Part shown: piece after piece, positions 58,444 to 64,000 of the stretch
Position numbering within the stretch: position 1 is the stretch's first letter
How the letters are laid out: every line of letters begins with the position of its first letter
DNA from: a virus
Taxonomy: Duplodnaviria > Caudoviricetes
DNA length: 64,000 nt
Virus record (IMG/VR): IMGVR_UViG_3300028832_000096
Direction: 5' to 3' (one strand)
Notes under the pieces: model-generated
Databases searched by the model: none
Told to the model about the DNA's origin: nothing
Seen by the model: the letters and a program-made list of their open reading frames with translations, nothing else
Program-made: the position numbers and the translations under genes

Positions 58444-59158
58444 CCAACGCGATAAATGCTGCTTCTCCGCTTCCGCATTTAGGGCAAACTGCTGAACCTC
58501 CTGCTCTGAGACCGTAATCTGTAAGGTCCTTAACTACTGATTTAAGGATTTTGAAATCTGCATCACATAAGTTATTCTGCAACTTAAACTTAGTATCTGC
58601 AGGTGTAAGACCTGTTTCTCCCTTAATGGACTTAACCATATAGCACATTCTTGCTAAATCGGTATTTCTTTCACCACTAGGTAATACAAATAACTTATCG
58701 CTATCTGCATTGATAATCTCTTGAATTGTAGGGAGCTTTAAAACGATATCGCCATCAAAGTTGATAAATTCTTCTTTAGATACTTTGATGTTATTAGTAA
58801 AATTCGGAGGAAGTGTTTTTACTTCTACCGAACGTAAATTTACTTGATATTCACCTCTTGAAACTGCTCCGCACTTAGAACAGAAGATTGCATTTGTGGT
58901 GTGATAAGGGCCGTAGTTTAAAATTCTAAGAGCTCTACAAATCCACTGAAAATCGATTTCAAGAAGTTGTCTGAAAGGAATCTGTTCCTCAATTGCTTTA
59001 GGAAAAATAACATCGAGCATTGTAGCTTGAAAATCTTCACTACCTACATAATCTAATTCAGACGCTGTAGGAATGCTCTTCAATGTGAGGACGTCGGGGA
59101 TACCTGTATCCGCATACAGTCCTTTGCCTAAAAGTTCAATCTTTTCTGAAATAGCCAT
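58337..59158 (-). CDS. tail/baseplate hub assembly chaperone (gp26-like)
   Basis: LLEIDFQWICRALRILNYG, CSKCG, LKLPT and CPKCG...RFFRP. Confidence 0.72.
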   Translation of the reverse strand: MAISEKIELLGKGLYADTGIPDVLTLKSIPTASELDYVGSEDFQATMLDVIFPKAIEEQIPFRQLLEIDFQWICRALRILNYGPYHTTNAIFCSKCGAVSRGEYQVNLRSVEVKTLPPNFTNNIKVSKEEFINFDGDIVLKLPTIQEIINADSDKLFVLPSGERNTDLARMCYMVKSIKGETGLTPADTKFKLQNNLCDADFKILKSVVKDLTDYGLRAGGSAVCPKCGSGEAAFIALVDDRFFRPTLGNLRAWKDDRRTEKSSGPATGASKS

Positions 59159-59338
59159 TTGTAATCCTCCAAAAGTTTTTGATGATTGGTATTTCGTTGT
59201 ATTAAATTATCCTAGCGCCTACCATAAAAGTCTTAATGGTAAGTACTCCTTACTTATCTATAAAAGGTTATACACACAGAAACGGAAGGCTACTTCTAAC
59301 CTTCCGCTCCTGCATGTCTGTATGGCAATCTGACAAAG

Positions 59339-59767
59339 TTAACTATTTTCTAAATCGGCAAGTTGTGCCTTTGCTTCGTTGTCATTTCTCCAATCTGCGT
59401 AGCTACCTACATAGTAGAAACCGTCTGCTACTTCACAAGCCTGATTATCATGACACATGCCCTCTAAGGCACCAAGAATTGTATACATGTCAAAATCTTG
59501 TTCTTCAGATTCTTGTCCGAAATGAAGTGTATATGTATCAGAGAATCTATCAGGATAAGTGCTTTTGAGTAATTCTGCAACACTAGCTAAACTGAAAGGC
59601 TTTTCTTCATCTGCAATTCGCTTTGAGATAATCCAGCCAGTACATAATTCCTGAATAGCATCTCCGCAAAGTTCTTTCTCATCCTTGCCGAAGTACCACT
59701 GACGTGCATCGGATAACTTTGATGCTTTGACATAATTTGAAGGATATTTTGTATAAGTTCTTTTCAT
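59339..59767 (-). CDS. leader-bearing protein
   Basis: Starts MKRTYTKYPSNYVKAS; has its own upstream AACCTT motif and a downstream hairpin. Confidence 0.78.
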   Translation of the reverse strand: MKRTYTKYPSNYVKASKLSDARQWYFGKDEKELCGDAIQELCTGWIISKRIADEEKPFSLASVAELLKSTYPDRFSDTYTLHFGQESEEQDFDMYTILGALEGMCHDNQACEVADGFYYVGSYADWRNDNEAKAQLADLENS

Positions 59768-59817
59768 TGTGATTATCTCCTATATTAGAAATAATTACAT
59801 TAATTAAAGGTTAAGGA

Positions 59818-62668
59818 TTAGAAATGATATGCCTTTATCTCGCATAAGGATACTCGCCAAATAAGTTCACTATCTACCAAAGTATCATAAAGCGCCTTTG
59901 CGTGTTCTTCAGTGTCGAAATAGCAGTTATGTGCCTGCATCAAATCTCCGTCAACATAAAATGTAACTAAGAATCTAGGTTCCATATTAATTTACCTCAA
60001 CAAATATTCAATTTAGAATCATCATAGTCATCTGGTTCTTTGATAACTACTACAGGAGTTCTAGCATGGCATGAAAAGTAATGTTTATTAAATAAACCAA
60101 AACAATTAGGTGCTTGTTTATGCGGAAGCCTTTTAGGGTCTGCATCTGCAAACTTTACAAAAATCCAATCTTCTCTTTCAGGGTGATGAAACACTGTACC
60201 TATTGGAATTTGATTGAAGTTTATTGTTTCCATATTTTACATCCTTTACTGTCAAGTTGACTTGAAAAAGGGTTACCATTACTTCTGCAGTATAAATAGT
60301 CCATCAGAAGTTCTTTTGCTTTTGCCCTTTGTTCTTCGGTTACTTCTTCATAAGGTACTTCAAACATCTTTGAAGCTTTATCGGTATAGAAATCTCTGTC
60401 AGGCTGTGTCATATTAATCTACCTCTTGCACTTTAGTTAGTGCAGAATTTATAGCGGAAACAACATCATCAGTGTAACCATTTTCAGGCAATAATTCAGC
60501 ACCTAGAAGATACTCTAAAGCACCACTAATGGCATCAATTTCACCTCTACTAAATGCTAATACAATAGTATCTTTTGCTAATTCGCAGTTCTTACAAGCA
60601 TCGTGATTTTCGCAGTAAGAATCGCACTTATATTTATGAATGTAATTTTTGCAATTGTATTCCATATTAATTTACCTCACAATTCAAATATCAAATCCCT
60701 GTTTATTCAACTCTACTTTAAGAGCAGTTAACGCTAAATTAAACCCGTTGGCTTGCATCCATTTACCAAAACCCATAACATCCGGGGTGTCCATATATTG
60801 AAGGAATTTTTCATGACCAAAAAATTCGTCGGGATTGGTGCTTGTTTCAATATCTGATAGAACTCTTTTTAATGTTTTCATATCAATAGTTTCCATATCA
60901 ATCTACCTCGAATAATACTGCGTAACCCTTATTGTTCAAAATCTCTGATATTTTTACCATAGCAAAAAACAAATCTATCCTATGAACCATATTTGTAACA
61001 AGTCCTTCTGCTCTATTATCTTCCGAGCGGATAAAATAACTATCCGTAACTTCGCTGTATCTGATTGTGAATACAATAGGTCTTTCTTCTCTATTCATAT
61101 TAAGTTGCCTCCGTGTTTGAATTATCTGATTTCTTCTTATCTTCTAAGAATAAAATATGAGCTCTTTCCTGAATATTTTCCGGACCCACAATCTTCATCC
61201 CAAAACCGGTATCTCCCTCAAGCGGATATGAAGGTGAAATATAAACATTATCTTCTTTACCTACCGGGAGTGTTCCATCGAGCAACTCATCAAGCCACAA
61301 ATAGGCTGCACCATATGCTTCTTTATGATTATCGTACACTCCAATGCACATCTGAAAATCATCATCACTTTCTACGATTACTACATATTTCATACAGCAC
61401 CTCCGAGGTCTACCTCCTCAACTTCAATTACTTCACCATCATGGTACTCTTTAAACTGCTTGATAGCATCTTCCTTAGAATCTGTGCAGTAAGATGCAAG
61501 ACCTTTCCGGTCATTGTATGTATAATGAATTATGTATTGTTTCATATCTAGCCTCCGTCACATGTCCTTTATGTTATCTACTACTAGCTTTTCAGCACAA
61601 ACAGGACATATATGTACTTTCTTTTCTATGTAGAAATCATTATCGTTGGGATGTAACTTTATTGTGTAATAGATACTGCCGTTAAAAATTTGTTTTTGAC
61701 AGTTATCACAGATTAATGCACGCATATCATCCTCCTTACTTAGTGACTTCATTTACAATAACAATTCCGCCACCAGGATAAATTACATGTCGAATGCCCT
61801 GCTCATCATCGAATACAATTCTCTGTCCTGACTGCTCAGAAGAGAAATCAATATCAAACTTACCTTCATAATGAGCAATTACATCACCTTGCATATCATA
61901 AATAGTAAGTTCTCTTTGCAGACCATCACCGAACTCACTTCGCTGAGTTTTCAAGGCTCTCTGGCCAGAGGCTGTATTATTGTAATACCAAACCAAGCCT
62001 ACCCAAATTCCACATAGGATAATTACCGAAACGACAATGCCAATAATGCATATACTTACATGTTCGTGTGCTTCATGCAGATAAGATGCAATGAGACCGA
62101 TAGCAATCAGCGGTAATAGAGAAACAACGATACCTATAATGATGCCACTAACTGTCATAAGTTTAATCCTCCTCCATGAAATTCTGAAGTGTAGGCAAAC
62201 TGACTGCGAGGTCAAGTGCCTCCTCCAGTGAAATTGTATCCTGCTTGATAGCGAGCTTCAAACAACCTGCCTTAGTTGAATCGTCTGTGTTCTTATCTGT
62301 GAGAATTAGTATAAGCTTTGCGAGCTTTACTATCTTCTTATCTGTATCCATATGCGGCCTCCTTATCTAATATCTACTCTGCGGTAGGAACTAACCTTCT
62401 GAAAATCTGCTACTTTATCGCCTAAGAACGCCTTGAGCTTGTCGTTATCAAAAGGGTACTTAGTGATGAGGATACAAGATACCTTATAGTCATCGCCATA
62501 AACGATATAGGTCTGCTGGTCCTTACCACCACGTTCGCCTTTAGCTTCTGCGTATGCTGTGATTTCAGCATCAATCGCTTCTAACTTAGCTTCGAGCTTC
62601 TTCTTAAGAGATGACATCTTTCTCTTCTTCGCTACGAGTACATCAAGCTCTGCTTTGTTCTTGCACAT
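59818..62668 (-). other. block of about 12 small accessory/early genes
   Basis: Coupled ORFs of 50-140 aa downstream of the AATCGTTAT motif at about 62711-62722. Confidence 0.75.
61736..62158 (-). CDS. membrane protein with two TM helices
   Basis: Start corrected to MTVSG (GGAGGAGG RBS). Confidence 0.7.
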   Translation of the reverse strand: MTVSGIIIGIVVSLLPLIAIGLIASYLHEAHEHVSICIIGIVVSVIILCGIWVGLVWYYNNTASGQRALKTQRSEFGDGLQRELTIYDMQGDVIAHYEGKFDIDFSSEQSGQRIVFDDEQGIRHVIYPGGGIVIVNEVTK

Positions 62669-62741
62669 AATGATTTCCTCCTTGTGGAATGTTGATATGA
62701 ATTGATATGTTATATAACGATTCTGAATTAAAGATAACTGG

Positions 62742-64000
62742 TCAAGCTATCTTGAGCTTGACCAGGTCCTTCTTCTCTACGATAGTATCTGAGAGAGCCT
62801 TCTTACCTTCTACGATGTCATGTACATCTTCATCGTATGTGTTGTAAGACATGATGGTGTGGATAGTAACTGCGGACTTTGTGCCGATTCTGTGTGCTCT
62901 ATCGCAAGCCTGTTCCTTTGTTGCGTTGGTCCAAGGCTCATCTAAGAAGACTACTTCGGTTGCTGCTGTAAGTGTAAGACCTGTACCCATTGCACCTACT
63001 GTACCGAAGATAACCTTGACTGTATCGTCTGTCTGGAACTTGTTGACGATTGCCTGACGGTCTGCATCTTTTGTCTCGCCTGTGATGACGACGGGATTAT
63101 ACTTCTTCAGTCTCTCAACTGCAGGCTTGATGCCTTCTACCCAGTTGCTATAGACGATAACCTTAGTGCCTGAGTAGACTGCTTCTTCAACTATCTGCTC
63201 GAGACGGTCAAGCTTCGGATTCTTCTTAATGAAGTTGAAGGGGCCGATGCCGCCGGATACCTGACGAAGTCTCATCTTGATTGCGAGGAGGCAATCTGAA
63301 GAAACCTTATCGGAAAGCTCAGGGTCTGCGATTGCGTTATCGATAACCTGATTGTAGAGCTTCTTCTGTTCCTCTGTGAGTTCTACGTACTCGTTGGTGT
63401 AAATCTTCTCGGGAAGGTCAAGAACTTCACCCTTTGTTCTACGGAGCATGATTGCGCCAAGCTGGGAACGAAGCTGGTCTATGTTCTTGTAGCCTACTAC
63501 GCTACCCCACTGGTCCATGTAGCAGAAATGGTCTCTGAATGACCAGTAGCTGTAAGGCTGATAACCTAACCACTTGAGAATTGCGAAGAGGTCGAGAGGG
63601 CTGTTCATGAGAGGTGTACCTGTCATCGCGATTCTGTAGGTCGGCTGAAGCTGAAGCATGCCCTCGCCCTGCTGTGTGTTGAGATTCTTGCAACGGTGAA
63701 TCTCGTCTACTGCGACCATGTTGATTAAACCTGCTTCGCAAAGCTCCTTGAGCTTGAGGGATATCTCAGGATTTCTGAGGGACTCTATGTTAGTAATGAT
63801 GAAGTAAGAAGAATCGATGGTAGCATCGTGACCTAACTTGTTAAGGTCTGCAAGCTTCTCTGCGTTGCCTGCTACGTTGAGCTTGCCGGAACGCTTCATT
63901 GTGTACTGGCCGAGGATGTAACCCTTCTCGTCAGAATGCTTGCCGATTTCTTCGAGCCAATTCCACTTGAGAGAATTAACGCCGCATACGATAAGGCAGT
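62742..64000 (-). CDS. SNF2-family helicase (5' end runs off window)
   Basis: The frame stays open to the edge (CLIVCGVNSLKWNW); DEIH, MTGTP and QACDRAHRIG motifs. Confidence 0.92.
   Translation of the reverse strand, partial: CLIVCGVNSLKWNWLEEIGKHSDEKGYILGQYTMKRSGKLNVAGNAEKLADLNKLGHDATIDSSYFIITNIESLRNPEISLKLKELCEAGLINMVAVDEIHRCKNLNTQQGEGMLQLQPTYRIAMTGTPLMNSPLDLFAILKWLGYQPYSYWSFRDHFCYMDQWGSVVGYKNIDQLRSQLGAIMLRRTKGEVLDLPEKIYTNEYVELTEEQKKLYNQVIDNAIADPELSDKVSSDCLLAIKMRLRQVSGGIGPFNFIKKNPKLDRLEQIVEEAVYSGTKVIVYSNWVEGIKPAVERLKKYNPVVITGETKDADRQAIVNKFQTDDTVKVIFGTVGAMGTGLTLTAATEVVFLDEPWTNATKEQACDRAHRIGTKSAVTIHTIMSYNTYDEDVHDIVEGKKALSDTIVEKKDLVKLKIA

Noticed and set aside
7172-59767. Leaders as Sec signal peptides
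   Set aside because: They start basic but have no hydrophobic h-region.
1-64000. Stop-codon recoding
   Set aside because: Long genes are intact in the standard code, all three stop codons end genes, and no suppressor tRNA is seen.

Overview
A 64-kb slice of a large, AT-rich myovirus with T4-like structural genes, probably infecting a Bacillota (Clostridia-type) host. Most genes are on the minus strand. Structural genes: gp23-like major capsid protein (MCP), gp21-like prohead protease fused to a scaffold, gp13-like neck, baseplate genes, tape measure, tail chaperone pair, a 1647-aa tail fibre and cell-wall hydrolases. Other genes: a SNF2 helicase cut by the right edge, two blocks of small accessory genes, and an XRE/sigma4/alpha-CTD fusion cut by the left edge and absent from the ORF track. 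Two things stand out. (1) About 1680-4264 is a non-coding polycistron with three normal tRNAs (Leu-TAA, Ile2-CAT, Tyr-GTA) and more than a dozen non-canonical structured RNAs. About ten of these end in an encoded NCCA, and many are joined head-to-tail with 0-nt spacers. They include tRNA bodies with replaced anticodon arms, three 37-nt pseudoknot-CCA units, a microhelix and acceptor-closed 'cargo' RNAs. (2) At least 16 otherwise unrelated proteins across the window share an N-terminal leader (MK-[RIL]-Y-[IV]-x-[AS]-[SAT] or MK-[RK]-T-x-x-KYP-x-x-Y-[VIL]-x-AS). It ends in an [IV]-x-[AGS]-[SAG] motif that also recurs in the capsid propeptide and scaffold, suggesting a capsid-targeting and protease-maturation system for injected cargo, including a nucleotidyltransferase. 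Two putative phage promoter classes (AACCTT-N-TATNNT and AATCGT-TATNNT) are also visible. All calls are from reading by eye; no searches or folding programs were run.
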